This document shows positions 37,579-47,465 of a stretch of 64,000 bases of DNA, in pieces. A model generated the notes under the pieces. It saw only the letters and a program-made list of their open reading frames with translations. It made no database searches and was not told the origin of the DNA. The position numbers were made by a program, and so were the translations under genes. Source of the DNA: Candidatus Shapirobacteria bacterium (GTDB lineage Bacteria > Patescibacteriota > Microgenomatia > UBA12405); the NCBI GenBank assembly GCA_028704635.1, contig JAQWFB010000002.1:693-64692 (forward strand). Direction: 5' to 3'. Each line of letters starts with the position of its first letter. Position 1 is the stretch's first letter.

Positions 37579-38736
37579 CTAAATATTTTTTATTATCCCA
37601 GCAATTTTATTTCCTAATTCTTCAAACTCTTTCTCTTTCCATCCTCGAGTCGTCATTGCCGGTGTTCCAATTCTAATTCCCGATGGTCTAAATGGACTAC
37701 CTTTTTCATGTGGCACAGTATTCGCATTAACCACAATTCCCTCTTCTTCTAATTTTACTGCTGCCTCTTTTCCTTTTTCAAAACCCACCTCCACCACCAT
37801 TAAATGATTCTCTGTTCCAAAAACTTTTAGACCATTTTTTCTTAAAGTTTCTGCCAATATTTTGGCATTTTTAATTATTTGGCTGGCATAATCTTTAAAA
37901 TCTTGAGTATCAGCCTCTCCAAAAGCTACTGCCAAAGCTGCAATCTGGTTTTCATGCGGACCACCCTGCATCCCTGGAAACACTGCTTTGTCAATTTTTT
38001 TAGCTAAATCAGAATCTTTTTCTAATCCTTTTTTAGTTACTCCAATTACTGCTCCTCGTGGACCCCTTAAACTTTTATGAGTTGTCGAAGTGACTATATG
38101 AACATATTCATTTGGACTTGGATGAACACCGCCAACCACTAAACCCACAATATGAGAAATATCTGCCACCAACCAAGCACCTACACTGTCAGCAATTTCT
38201 CCAAATTTCTTAAAATCCAAAATATATGGATAAGCTGTTGTTCCTGCAAATATCATTTTTGGTTTTTCCTCTAAAACCAGCTTTTGTAATTTATCATAAT
38301 CAATTCGACCATCTTCCTCAACATCATATTGAACACTTTCAAAAAATTTTCCTGAAAAAGAAACTTTTGGATGACCATGAGTTAAATGTCCACCAGCTGA
38401 AAGTTTTAATCCACAAATTTTATCTCCTTGTTCTAAAAGTGCCATTTGAACTGCACTATTAGCTGGACTTCCCGAATATGGTTGCACATTTAAATGTTCC
38501 ACCCCCAAAACCTTTTTTCCTCTCTCAATAGCTAAATTTTCAATTTGATCGACAAACTCATTACCTTGATAATATCTCTTTCCTGGATAACCTTCAGCAT
38601 ATTTATTTGTTAAACAACTTCCCAAAGCCATTCTAACTTCATCCGAAGCAAAATTTTCGCTTGGAATTAAATGAATTAAATTTTGTTGCCTTTCTTCTTC
38701 TTTTTTAATTAAATCTCTAATTTGTTTATCTATCAT
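37579..38736 (-). CDS. glyA: serine hydroxymethyltransferase
   Basis: LIPSEN, KYAEGYPG, GGHLTHG, TTHKSLRGPRG, GIRIGTPA. Confidence 0.97.
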   Translation of the reverse strand: MIDKQIRDLIKKEEERQQNLIHLIPSENFASDEVRMALGSCLTNKYAEGYPGKRYYQGNEFVDQIENLAIERGKKVLGVEHLNVQPYSGSPANSAVQMALLEQGDKICGLKLSAGGHLTHGHPKVSFSGKFFESVQYDVEEDGRIDYDKLQKLVLEEKPKMIFAGTTAYPYILDFKKFGEIADSVGAWLVADISHIVGLVVGGVHPSPNEYVHIVTSTTHKSLRGPRGAVIGVTKKGLEKDSDLAKKIDKAVFPGMQGGPHENQIAALAVAFGEADTQDFKDYASQIIKNAKILAETLRKNGLKVFGTENHLMVVEVGFEKGKEAAVKLEEEGIVVNANTVPHEKGSPFRPSGIRIGTPAMTTRGWKEKEFEELGNKIAGIIKNI

Positions 38737-38802
38737 AAAAATAATTTTAAAAATTAATAACTCAAAACCGGGGCAAAAAATTATCTATATCATAATTCCA
38801 TT

Positions 38803-39762
38803 TTACAACAATTTACTTTGCTCCTCCCATTTAAAAAGTTCTCCTAGCGATTTCTCTTTATGAATTCGATCAATAATCTTACTTAAAAGTGGTGCCAAAG
38901 AAATTATTTTCATTTTCTTTATTCTATTTTCTTTAGAAATTGGAATTGTATCTAAAAAAATAACCTCCGATGCACAACAATTCTCCAAATTCTGCTTTGC
39001 AGAACCATTTAATAAAGCATGTGTCGCACAAATAATCACTTTTTTAGCCCCATATTTTTTAACCACCTCCGCTGCCGCGCAAATTGATCCACCAGTATCT
39101 ACCATGTCATCAATTATAATTGCCGTTTTCCCTTTTACATCACCCACCACATGAGCCACCTCGCATTTATTGTGTTCTCTTCTGATTTTATCAATAATTG
39201 CAATCGGTGCATTTAATAAATCAGCCATTTTATTAGCTCTCTTTACCCCCCCAACATCTGGCGATACTATTACCATATCTTTATGTTTTTTCTCCACTAA
39301 GTATTTTGTTATTAATGGATAACCCACAAAATGATCAACTGGAATATCATAAAAACCCTGAATTTGATCAGCATGTAAATCCACTGTCACCAACCTATTT
39401 ACCCCCGCCTTGGTAATTAAATCAGCCACTAATTTTGCTGTTATTGGTTCGTGTGATTGCGTTCTTCTATCTTGCCTTGAATAACACATCTGTGGACAAA
39501 TTAAATTAATTCTCCCTGCTGATGATCTCTTTAAAGCATCAACTAAAATCAAAAGCTCCATCAAACAATCATTAACCGGATTTGTCATCGTTTGAATAAT
39601 AAAAATATCATCACCTCGTACCCTCTTGCCCAATCTCACATAAATTTCTCCATTGGCAAATTTTTTAATCGTTATCGGTGTTAATGGTATTTCTAATTTT
39701 TTTGATATTTTCTGAGCCAAATCTGGATGCGACGTCCCAGCTATTAACTGAATTCCATTCAT
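38803..39762 (-). CDS. prs: ribose-phosphate pyrophosphokinase
   Basis: FANGE, YSRQDR, DLHADQIQGF, SPDVGG, DDMVDTGGS. Confidence 0.96.
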   Translation of the reverse strand: MNGIQLIAGTSHPDLAQKISKKLEIPLTPITIKKFANGEIYVRLGKRVRGDDIFIIQTMTNPVNDCLMELLILVDALKRSSAGRINLICPQMCYSRQDRRTQSHEPITAKLVADLITKAGVNRLVTVDLHADQIQGFYDIPVDHFVGYPLITKYLVEKKHKDMVIVSPDVGGVKRANKMADLLNAPIAIIDKIRREHNKCEVAHVVGDVKGKTAIIIDDMVDTGGSICAAAEVVKKYGAKKVIICATHALLNGSAKQNLENCCASEVIFLDTIPISKENRIKKMKIISLAPLLSKIIDRIHKEKSLGELFKWEEQSKLL

Positions 39763-40445
39763 AAAAATCTCCTTTTATTAATTTCTTCAAAAATAATATT
39801 ATGTATTTCCTCTTTTGGTAATAATTTTCCATCCCGACAACAATCTATCAACACCCACAAATCGGGCTCTTTGTCAGCCATTTTTTTATATTCTTTTGCT
39901 GATTCCATTTGATGATTAAAATCTTCCTCTGCTGCATCCATCGCCTGCCCTTTAGTGTAATTTCTTTCTATTTTTTTTAAAATATTTTCCCTGCAAATTG
40001 GCGGATCCACCAACAAAACCAAAACCAAATCAGGTTTTTTAATTCCCATTTGGTTATACCCAGCTTCCCATAGCCAATTAGCATAAATTTCTCTATCATT
40101 TTCTGGTCTTTTAGCAATTTGATGAACATTCGAAGTAAAATATCGATTAGAAATTACTATCATCCCTTTTTCTAGTGCTGGCTCAATTATTTTTTTACTT
40201 CCATCAGCTTCATCAAGAATATAAGGCAACACTGTTAAGTAAGAACTTATTTCCATCGGATTTCCAAATTCTTTCGACAACATTCTTCCCACATGTTTTC
40301 CCCAAAAACTCGTTTCATAATGAGGATAATCATCCACTACTACTTCTCTATTTTCTTTTTTTAATCTTTCGACCAACAACTCCGTTTGTGTTCCTTTACC
40401 TGCTCCATCAATCCCTTCAATTACAATAAATTTGCCTTTATTCAT
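39759..40445 (-). CDS. tmk: thymidylate kinase
   Basis: IEGIDGAGKGTQ, NRY, PDL; in thyX operon. Confidence 0.9.
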   Translation of the reverse strand: MNKGKFIVIEGIDGAGKGTQTELLVERLKKENREVVVDDYPHYETSFWGKHVGRMLSKEFGNPMEISSYLTVLPYILDEADGSKKIIEPALEKGMIVISNRYFTSNVHQIAKRPENDREIYANWLWEAGYNQMGIKKPDLVLVLLVDPPICRENILKKIERNYTKGQAMDAAEEDFNHQMESAKEYKKMADKEPDLWVLIDCCRDGKLLPKEEIHNIIFEEINKRRFL

Positions 40446-41157
40446 TTTCCTTTAATTTTGATCCTTTAATCGTTTTCCATAAACCACAAGAAAGTTTTCC
40501 TTGATCACAAAGTTTTTCTGACACACACGGTGCTCCAGCATTTTCAAAAATATTTGGTGCCACTTCTTTAACTAAGTCCAGCATTTGTTTAGCAATTTCT
40601 CTTATTTCCCATTGCGCTCTAATGCAAGATCTCACACTAAAAAAATGTAATAATTCTCTTGCATTCATACTCATTACCATTTTTATTTGAACTGATTGTG
40701 GTTGACAAAACCTTGCATCCTCAGCCTTAATTCCAGCATCCGTCAATTCGTTATAAAGTTCTTGAGAATTATCTAAATGTTTTAAATATTTTTCATAAAG
40801 TTTTTTATCTTTTAAAGCTCTTATCATTGGTGGTACCCTATAAGCTGCATCACCCCTTTTTACATATCTTCCCGACTGAATCGAGAAAGAAGCAATTCTA
40901 TGTCGAATCAAATGAATTTCAGTCACTCGACTTACTCCATCAATTGAAAAAGTAAAAGTTGCATGTTCCAAAGTCGAAGTGTGGCCCGATTCAATTACTT
41001 GCTTAATCAATCTATTTTTAACTTCTTCTGTTGTTTTTTCTTTAAGCTCCTCAGCTCCCACTGCACTATAACACTGTCTAATTGCCGCCACCACATTTTG
41101 TTCCGGATCAGCCGTATGGCTTAACAATTTAACCTTCAATTGATCTTCCTTGGCCAT
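40438..41157 (-). CDS. thyX: flavin-dependent thymidylate synthase
   Basis: GHTSTLEH, RHRIASFSIQSGRY, EDAR, AQWEIR. Confidence 0.95.
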   Translation of the reverse strand: MAKEDQLKVKLLSHTADPEQNVVAAIRQCYSAVGAEELKEKTTEEVKNRLIKQVIESGHTSTLEHATFTFSIDGVSRVTEIHLIRHRIASFSIQSGRYVKRGDAAYRVPPMIRALKDKKLYEKYLKHLDNSQELYNELTDAGIKAEDARFCQPQSVQIKMVMSMNARELLHFFSVRSCIRAQWEIREIAKQMLDLVKEVAPNIFENAGAPCVSEKLCDQGKLSCGLWKTIKGSKLKENE

Positions 41158-41243
41158 TCTTTATTAAAATTTTTTAAAAAATATAATCTAAGACAGATTA
41201 AACCCGCTTCCCCTTTAAATCAATTAAACAATCTATATCAAAA

Positions 41244-41954
41244 TTATTTAAATTCAAAAGTTACGGTTAATGTCTTGGAAATAGTTGAAGTTCCAGGACT
41301 TAATTCCGCTCCACCCATACCAGAAGATAAAGCTTTATAAATTGGAGAATAATTACCACTACTACCTTCAACCACATTAATTACTTTACCCAATTTTCTT
41401 CCACTCAAACTAACAATTAATTCCGCTCTTTCTTTTGCATCAGCCATAGCACTTTCATATAAAGTTTTTTCCGTATCGGTAGTGTTTTCAATCCTAAAAC
41501 TTGGACCATAAATATTATTGGCTCCACTTTTATTCAATAAATCCATTAAAGCATTCGCTTTTGACATATCTCTTAAAGTAATTTCAACCGTACTATTTAC
41601 TACCCATTGATTCTTTTTTGATTTATCTGTCTCTTGTTGTTCATAAACATTAACACTCTGTGTCTGAATATCTCCTTCAGCAATTCCAAAATCTTTAACT
41701 GACGATACCAATTCTTTAACCTTTTTATTAACCTCATCAACAGCCTCTTCCTTTTTTTCTTTAATTACATTTACTCCCGCACTAAAACTAGCCACTTCAT
41801 TTACTTGTTTAGTTTCTGATTCCCCTGTTACCACTACTGTTTCTTCCTGAAATTTTATCTTTCCCCAATTAATATTTTTCCAAGGCAATGCAAACGCCGC
41901 AATTATAATCAAAATCAAAACTACCACACCTTTATTCTCTGTATGTTTTTTCAT
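41244..41954 (-). CDS. SIMPL (DUF541) family protein
   Basis: VTGES, DIQT, AMADAKERA, LGKV, VTFE end. Confidence 0.85.
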   Translation of the reverse strand: MKKHTENKGVVVLILIIIAAFALPWKNINWGKIKFQEETVVVTGESETKQVNEVASFSAGVNVIKEKKEEAVDEVNKKVKELVSSVKDFGIAEGDIQTQSVNVYEQQETDKSKKNQWVVNSTVEITLRDMSKANALMDLLNKSGANNIYGPSFRIENTTDTEKTLYESAMADAKERAELIVSLSGRKLGKVINVVEGSSGNYSPIYKALSSGMGGAELSPGTSTISKTLTVTFEFK

Positions 41955-42066
41955 AAATAATTTTAACATCAAAAAATATTGATTAAAAAATCAGATTAAC
42001 TATGCTAGAATGTTTTTGAATTAAGAAAATCTTAATTCAAAAAGCACATTGAAAGGAAGAATAACC

Positions 42067-42432
42067 ATGAGAATAATTATTGTAGAGCATAATAACAATT
42101 GTGTCAGCCAAAAAGTGGAAAAAATTGGATCATCAATCAACAGAATAAAACCCCTTATTAAACAAGAAGTTAAAATCTTTTTTTCAAAAAATGATCTCGA
42201 TTCAAAAAAAATCGCCCAAAAAATTACCAGTTTAATTAAAATTAAAGAAATTAAACCAGTCACAATCTCTCTGTCCAACAGTAACCTTATCGAAACGATT
42301 AGAGCTGAAACCGACACCATTATAATTATCACCCGTGATTACAAAATTTCTCACTTTCTCCGACAAAATGGTTCTTTATTATCTGAATATGTTATAGGCG
42401 GATTAGGAAGTATAATAATTATCGATTTTTGA
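42067..42432 (+). CDS. hypothetical protein
   Basis: ORF after TGCTAGAAT promoter, hairpin and GGAAG SD. Confidence 0.5.
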   Translation: MRIIIVEHNNNCVSQKVEKIGSSINRIKPLIKQEVKIFFSKNDLDSKKIAQKITSLIKIKEIKPVTISLSNSNLIETIRAETDTIIIITRDYKISHFLRQNGSLLSEYVIGGLGSIIIIDF

Positions 42433-42599
42433 TTCTAAATCAAAGCTTTTTAACAATCATTAATCAACATCACCAGGCTTTTTCAGCCTAAACTTTAAAC
42501 CTACATTAGGTAAAACTTTTGTAGGTTTTTTCTTTTTCTTAATTAATTTTAAATATATCAAAATATATCAATTATTCCGCATAAATATATCCTTCTATA

Positions 42600-43445
42600 T
42601 CATTTACACAAAGGGCACTTATCACCAGAATAATAACAATCACATTTTTCACAATGTTTCAAACCATCAACATTTCCTAGTCCGTAAACCAACTCTCCAT
42701 TTATACCCACTGACACAATTATTCCCATTCTATTATTTTCACTTCCCCAAGAACTTCCATGCCCCCCTTCAGTATTAATTTCATTCCCCATTCTTGCCAT
42801 TAAGCTTTCAAATAAATAATTATCACCATCTGCTCTTTCCATGGCCATTCTTACATCTTTTTCCATTTTTATTTTATTTTCAGTATCCTTACCTTCCTCA
42901 ATAAAATCCCAAATTTCCATAAACTCAGGCATTATTTTTTTACATTCATATATCCAATCATCAATCTCTTCAATCCTAAATCCTATCGGTTGTTGCCTTA
43001 CGCTTTCCTTATTATTAATTGAACCTATAGATTTTCCATTATTTTTTAACAATCTCTTAGCCAATTCAAACGATTCATTTTCATCACAAAGCAAGGGAAC
43101 ATGTCTCCCATAAACCACCCATTCATTTTTTCCAAAAACAGGAAATTCTATATTCAATCTTCCCTCTTTGTAAACATTTCCACCATCATCAGGACTTATC
43201 CAAACAATCAAATTGTATCCCTTTTTACCTAAATCAAAAACATTAATTGTTGCTTCTTTTTCTGCTTCTGAATGTTTATTATATTCCCAATTATCTTTTT
43301 CTATTTTACTTTCTACATAAAGATCTGAAATATTTATTCTATTTCTTAAATCTAAATCATTAGCCCTCTCCTCCAAAAACGCTCCTGCAATTTCACTAAG
43401 AGAATTTTGATTAATATCGTAAAACTTTTTATTTTCTAAATTCAT
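42600..43445 (-). CDS. hypothetical protein with C-terminal Cys cluster, downstream of cobalamin riboswitch
   Basis: ends CEKCDCYYSGDKCPLCK; ATG 43445 preferred because ATG 43472 lies inside the aptamer. Confidence 0.75.
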   Translation of the reverse strand: MNLENKKFYDINQNSLSEIAGAFLEERANDLDLRNRINISDLYVESKIEKDNWEYNKHSEAEKEATINVFDLGKKGYNLIVWISPDDGGNVYKEGRLNIEFPVFGKNEWVVYGRHVPLLCDENESFELAKRLLKNNGKSIGSINNKESVRQQPIGFRIEEIDDWIYECKKIMPEFMEIWDFIEEGKDTENKIKMEKDVRMAMERADGDNYLFESLMARMGNEINTEGGHGSSWGSENNRMGIIVSVGINGELVYGLGNVDGLKHCEKCDCYYSGDKCPLCK

Positions 43446-43447
43446 AT

Positions 43448-43553
43448 ACTTTTGCTCGAAAGTTTTGGTCATCCGGCTCTACGGTTGCGGCACAGCCTAG
43501 GAATTACACCTAGTTCCCCATTAATAATTATTTTTTAATTAAACTTTGACCTC
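43448..43553 (-). promoter_or_regulatory. cobalamin riboswitch (compact)
   Basis: minus strand AGGTC...TAATGGGGAA CTAGGTG TAA TTCCTAG GCTGTGCCGC AACCGT A GAGCCGGA TGACC then hairpin acttt/aaagt; matches GGGAA-GGTG-AA-TCC, GCnACYGT and B12-box consensus. Confidence 0.82.
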
Positions 43554-44035
43554 CACATCCAATTTAAAAAGGATGATAATTTATTAAAATATTTCAATAC
43601 ATTTTCATCAAATTTCTCTTTTTTCTTTTCTTCTCTATCCCATTTTAAAGTCACCACCCTCCTTTCCGCTTCTCGACAATCAGTTCGACAAATATTAATT
43701 CTCGATTCAACTTCATTTTCACCAGGTATTAAAAAATCGTTTAAATCCTTAACTCTTTTTTCATATTCTTCCGAATCACTTTCTATTTCTTCAATTCTTT
43801 TCTCTCCGTTTTTCCAATCTTTACCAACATAAAGACTACTCATAATTTCATTTAAATCTTTTTCTATTTGAAGAATTTTTTCATTTTCTTCTTTTTCCTC
43901 TATCACCACTCTAGTCCACCCCAACCGGGCCTGAAACTTATCAATCGCTCCAACTGCTTCCACAAAAGGAGAATCTTTACTCACACTTAAATTGCATTCT
44001 CCTGATGTAAAACCTTTATCTCCTCTTTCACTCAT
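43535..44035 (-). CDS. PduO-type ATP:cob(I)alamin adenosyltransferase (divergent)
   Basis: GDKGFT, EAVGAID, FLIPG, CRTDCREAERR, YFNKLS; follows nrdJ. Confidence 0.78.
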   Translation of the reverse strand: MSERGDKGFTSGECNLSVSKDSPFVEAVGAIDKFQARLGWTRVVIEEKEENEKILQIEKDLNEIMSSLYVGKDWKNGEKRIEEIESDSEEYEKRVKDLNDFLIPGENEVESRINICRTDCREAERRVVTLKWDREEKKKEKFDENVLKYFNKLSSFLNWMWRSKFN

Positions 44036-44040
44036 ATTTT

Positions 44041-46545
44041 TTAACTACATTTACTATAACCACAAAACTCATTTGTACATTTAAAACAGCCCTCCTCAGC
44101 TCGAAGTGGACTACCGCAATCTGGACAAGAAAGTACTTTACTTTCCATAACAGCTCGTTCAACTCTAATATTTTCCAATGCTGTTGTATCGATTGAATTT
44201 TTTTCGCAGGCAAACATATCTAATTGTTCACCCCGTGAAATTTCCAAAAGCGATTTCCCAACTGCATCAAACATACTCAAAACTGTCCCATTTCCTAAAC
44301 CAATTTTTTGGCCACATGAAATTCCTACTAAATTATCAGCAATTTCATCTAAACCAGCCCCATATTTTAACGATAAAGAAGCCAATCGACCAATAGCCTC
44401 AGCCGCCCCAGCCATAAATCCACCACTCTTCCCCAAGGTCACGAATACCTCCACTGGACCATCACCCGCTTCATAAAAAATTGAAGTGTAGACACTCCCC
44501 AAATCACATTTCTTTTTTAATCTCACCCCACGAGCCATTACTGGTGTTTCTTTTTTCTTTGGTGGCAAAACTACAACCTTTTCTTCAGTTGTTTCTTTTT
44601 CTTTAACTTTTGACATTGGCTCAAATGACCTTGAACCACTCCTATAAATAGTAATACCCTTAGTTCCTAAAGCATAAGATTTTAAATAAGCCTCCCTAAC
44701 ATCATCAACCGTTGCTTCCTCTGGTAAATTAATTGTTTTTGAAACCGCATTATCAGTATATTTTTGAAAAGCCGCCTGAATTCTAATATGCCATTCTGGT
44801 TCAATTTCCAAGGCTGTAATAAAAACTGATTTCAAATCTTCAGGAATTTCTTCCACTCCTTTCAAAATTCCTCCATTTTTGACAATTTTTTCAATCAATT
44901 CTTCGGAATAAATTTCTCTCCTTTTTAATTCATCAACTAAAGTTGGATTAACACTGTAAAGAGTTTTTCCTTCAACTGTGTTTTTTTGATAACCCAAAGA
45001 AAATACTGGTTCAATTCCTGAACTGGTATCAGCCAACATACTAATCGTTCCAGTTGGAGCAATCGTCGTTAAAGCCATATTTCTTGGTTTGTAATCAGTA
45101 TTAGCAAAAACACTCACATCCCACAAAGGAAAAGTTCCTCTGGTTTTAGCCAATTCACAAGTTGCCTCCCTAGCCGATTCAGTTACAAACTTCATTATTT
45201 TTCCTGCCCATTCAATCCCTTCCTCCGAATCATATCTCACCCCCAATTTAAATAATGCATCAGCAAATCCCATCACCCCAACCCCAATTCTTCTAGTTTT
45301 ACTTACCATATCCCTAATTTTTTGAACTGGAAATTCATTTACTTCCACCACATTATCCAAAAAATGCACTCCAATTCTAATAGTTTCTTTTAAATCTTCC
45401 CAATTAATGTCGCCCTTTTTAAGGGAGATGTCAGCACCAGCTGACAGAGGGTTTTGTTTTACAAACTTTGCCAAATTAACACTCCCTAAATTACAAGCAT
45501 CATAAGGCAAAAGTGGTTGTTCTCCACAAGGATTAGTAGCTTCAATTCGACCAATAGTTGGGACTGGATTTGAAGTTGAGTCGTTCATTCTGTCTATAAA
45601 AACTAAGCCTGGATCACCAAATTGCCAAGCCAATCGTGTTACTAAATTAAATACTTTATAAGCATTCAATTTCATCGCCACCTCACCTGTTCTTGGGTTA
45701 ATTAATTCATACCCTTCCCCTTCTTGGCTGGCAATTGCCCAATCGTATAATTTTTTAACTCCAGCCTCAATATCTCTCAACCTTCTTTCGACATTTCGAT
45801 CTTCCTCCGCGTTTTTTATTTCCTCAATAACCTCTTCTGGAATCGAATCGTCAGTCACAAATTTTTTATCAATTTCAATTCTCTCCATAAACGCATTCGT
45901 CACCGCCAAGGAAATATTGAAATTAGTCAAACTCCATTCATCTAATTTAACCACTGCAAATCTCAACACATCAGGATGATCAATTGACAACATTCCCATA
46001 TTTGCTCCACGTCGCACTCCACCCTGTTTAATTTGAGCCGTCACATCATTATAAGCCTGCATAAAACTAACCGGTCCAACCGTAGTTCCACCACTCGTTT
46101 TAATATAATCACCACTTGGTCGTAATCGAGAAAATGAAAAACCCGTTCCACCACCACTTTTGTGAATCATAGCCATATTCGACATGGTTTCTAAAATTGA
46201 TTCCATCGAGTCATCAATTGGCAACACGAAACAAGCTGATAATTGTTGATGTGGTTTGCCTGCATTTATCAAGCAAGGCGTATTGGGTAAAAATTTTTGT
46301 TCCGCAAATAATTGATAAAAAGTCTTGGCTTGTTTTTCGATTCCTTCATCATTTATTCCAAAAAATCTATCCCCTTTAGCCACATTAGTCGCCACTCTCC
46401 AAAAAATATCTTTAACTGTCTCATATGGTTTACCGTCTTCACTTTTTCGTGAATACCTAGTTTCAGCAATATATTTGGCATTCGCTGAAAGCTTTGGCTC
46501 CATTAGTTCACCACCACTAATATTTTGTCTTGATGTATCTGTCAT
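44041..46545 (-). CDS. nrdJ: class II (AdoCbl-dependent) ribonucleotide reductase with TSCPD-type C-terminus
   Basis: QLSACFV, TNPCGEQPL, CNLGS, TIAPTGT, C-terminal CPDCG..EGC..C..CGYSKC. Confidence 0.94.
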   Translation of the reverse strand: MTDTSRQNISGGELMEPKLSANAKYIAETRYSRKSEDGKPYETVKDIFWRVATNVAKGDRFFGINDEGIEKQAKTFYQLFAEQKFLPNTPCLINAGKPHQQLSACFVLPIDDSMESILETMSNMAMIHKSGGGTGFSFSRLRPSGDYIKTSGGTTVGPVSFMQAYNDVTAQIKQGGVRRGANMGMLSIDHPDVLRFAVVKLDEWSLTNFNISLAVTNAFMERIEIDKKFVTDDSIPEEVIEEIKNAEEDRNVERRLRDIEAGVKKLYDWAIASQEGEGYELINPRTGEVAMKLNAYKVFNLVTRLAWQFGDPGLVFIDRMNDSTSNPVPTIGRIEATNPCGEQPLLPYDACNLGSVNLAKFVKQNPLSAGADISLKKGDINWEDLKETIRIGVHFLDNVVEVNEFPVQKIRDMVSKTRRIGVGVMGFADALFKLGVRYDSEEGIEWAGKIMKFVTESAREATCELAKTRGTFPLWDVSVFANTDYKPRNMALTTIAPTGTISMLADTSSGIEPVFSLGYQKNTVEGKTLYSVNPTLVDELKRREIYSEELIEKIVKNGGILKGVEEIPEDLKSVFITALEIEPEWHIRIQAAFQKYTDNAVSKTINLPEEATVDDVREAYLKSYALGTKGITIYRSGSRSFEPMSKVKEKETTEEKVVVLPPKKKETPVMARGVRLKKKCDLGSVYTSIFYEAGDGPVEVFVTLGKSGGFMAGAAEAIGRLASLSLKYGAGLDEIADNLVGISCGQKIGLGNGTVLSMFDAVGKSLLEISRGEQLDMFACEKNSIDTTALENIRVERAVMESKVLSCPDCGSPLRAEEGCFKCTNEFCGYSKCS
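45410..45454. repeat. CCCTT..AAGGG double-hairpin repeat in frame inside nrdJ
   Basis: tcgccctttttaagggaga tgtcagcaccagctgaca gagggttt, encodes NPLSAGADISLKKGD. Confidence 0.6.
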
Positions 46546-46548
46546 TTT

Positions 46549-46992
46549 TTATTTTTTAAAATTACTAATTAATTTTTGAAAATCACTAACTTCATTTATA
46601 TCTAAATAAACCGTGGCAAATCGAATATATGCCATCGGATCCAAATTTTTCAACTTTTCCAAAACCAAAACTCCTATTTCCTTTGAAGGTATTTCCACAC
46701 TCGGCCAATTCAACAATGTCATTTCAATTTCATCAATCAATTTATTTTTTTCCTCTTCGTTCATTTTCCAACAAGCTTTGTCTAAACATTTTTGTAATTT
46801 TTCTCTAGAAAAGTCTTCTCTTTTGCCTGATTTTTTAATCACCTTAAGATCAATACTCCCAACTCTTTCATAAGTCGTAAATCTTTTTTTGCACTTCAAA
46901 CATTCCCTTCTTCTTCTGGTTACTTTTCCTTCTTCGGCTTCTCTGCTTTCCAATACATTGGATTCATCAAAACCACAATATGGACACAACAT
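46549..46992 (-). CDS. nrdR: transcriptional repressor NrdR
   Basis: CPYC, RRRRECLKC, RFTTYE, ATP cone, AYIRFA. Confidence 0.96.
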   Translation of the reverse strand: MLCPYCGFDESNVLESREAEEGKVTRRRRECLKCKKRFTTYERVGSIDLKVIKKSGKREDFSREKLQKCLDKACWKMNEEEKNKLIDEIEMTLLNWPSVEIPSKEIGVLVLEKLKNLDPMAYIRFATVYLDINEVSDFQKLISNFKK

Positions 46993-47031
46993 TTTTTTTG
47001 TAATTTAATTTATAAATTTTTCTTTACAGAA

Positions 47032-47047
47032 ACACTATTTCTAGTGG
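47032..47047. promoter_or_regulatory. NrdR box
   Basis: acactatttctagtgg resembles the acaCwAtATaTwGtg consensus, upstream of nrdR-nrdJ. Confidence 0.7.
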
Positions 47048-47188
47048 CTGTCCACCATCATACCCACTACCACTGGACTCCGTCAATAGACTAAAATATA
47101 TCAAAACCCCAATTTGCAATTATTCCGCGGACAAAAATACTCTTTATTAAAAATTCAATTCAAGCTACCTAACTGTTATAATACACTC

Positions 47189-47461
47189 ATGCAAAAAATC
47201 ATTAATTTTTTAAAAGAGGTAGCTGTAATTTTTAAAAGCATCACTTGGTCTAAAAAAGACGCTTTAATTCAGATGACAATTGTGGTAATATCAATCTCAA
47301 TTGTAATCTCCCTAATTTTGGGAGGTTTTGATTATTTGTTTACTGAGTCGATTGGTCTTTTTGGTAATTCAAAAACTACCAAAAACACAACCGAACAATC
47401 GGTTACACCAACAATGAATCCGCTTCCGACAGTCGCTTCTACTTCGGAAACATTCAAATAA
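47189..47461 (+). CDS. secE: preprotein translocase SecE
   Basis: FLKEV...ITW...T.VV...D; upstream of nusG. Confidence 0.88.
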   Translation: MQKIINFLKEVAVIFKSITWSKKDALIQMTIVVISISIVISLILGGFDYLFTESIGLFGNSKTTKNTTEQSVTPTMNPLPTVASTSETFK

Positions 47462-47465
47462 AAAT

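Noticed and set aside
43446-43472. ATG 43472 as start of the 290-aa ORF
   Set aside because: It lies inside the B12 box/P1 of the riboswitch; ATG 43445 just after the final hairpin is more plausible.
44041-46545. Intein or intron in nrdJ
   Set aside because: The frame is continuous, with no C/S...HN splice motifs or homing endonuclease; the insertions are short.
47063-47080. Second NrdR box
   Set aside because: Spacing is plausible, but only the left half (ccacta) matches.
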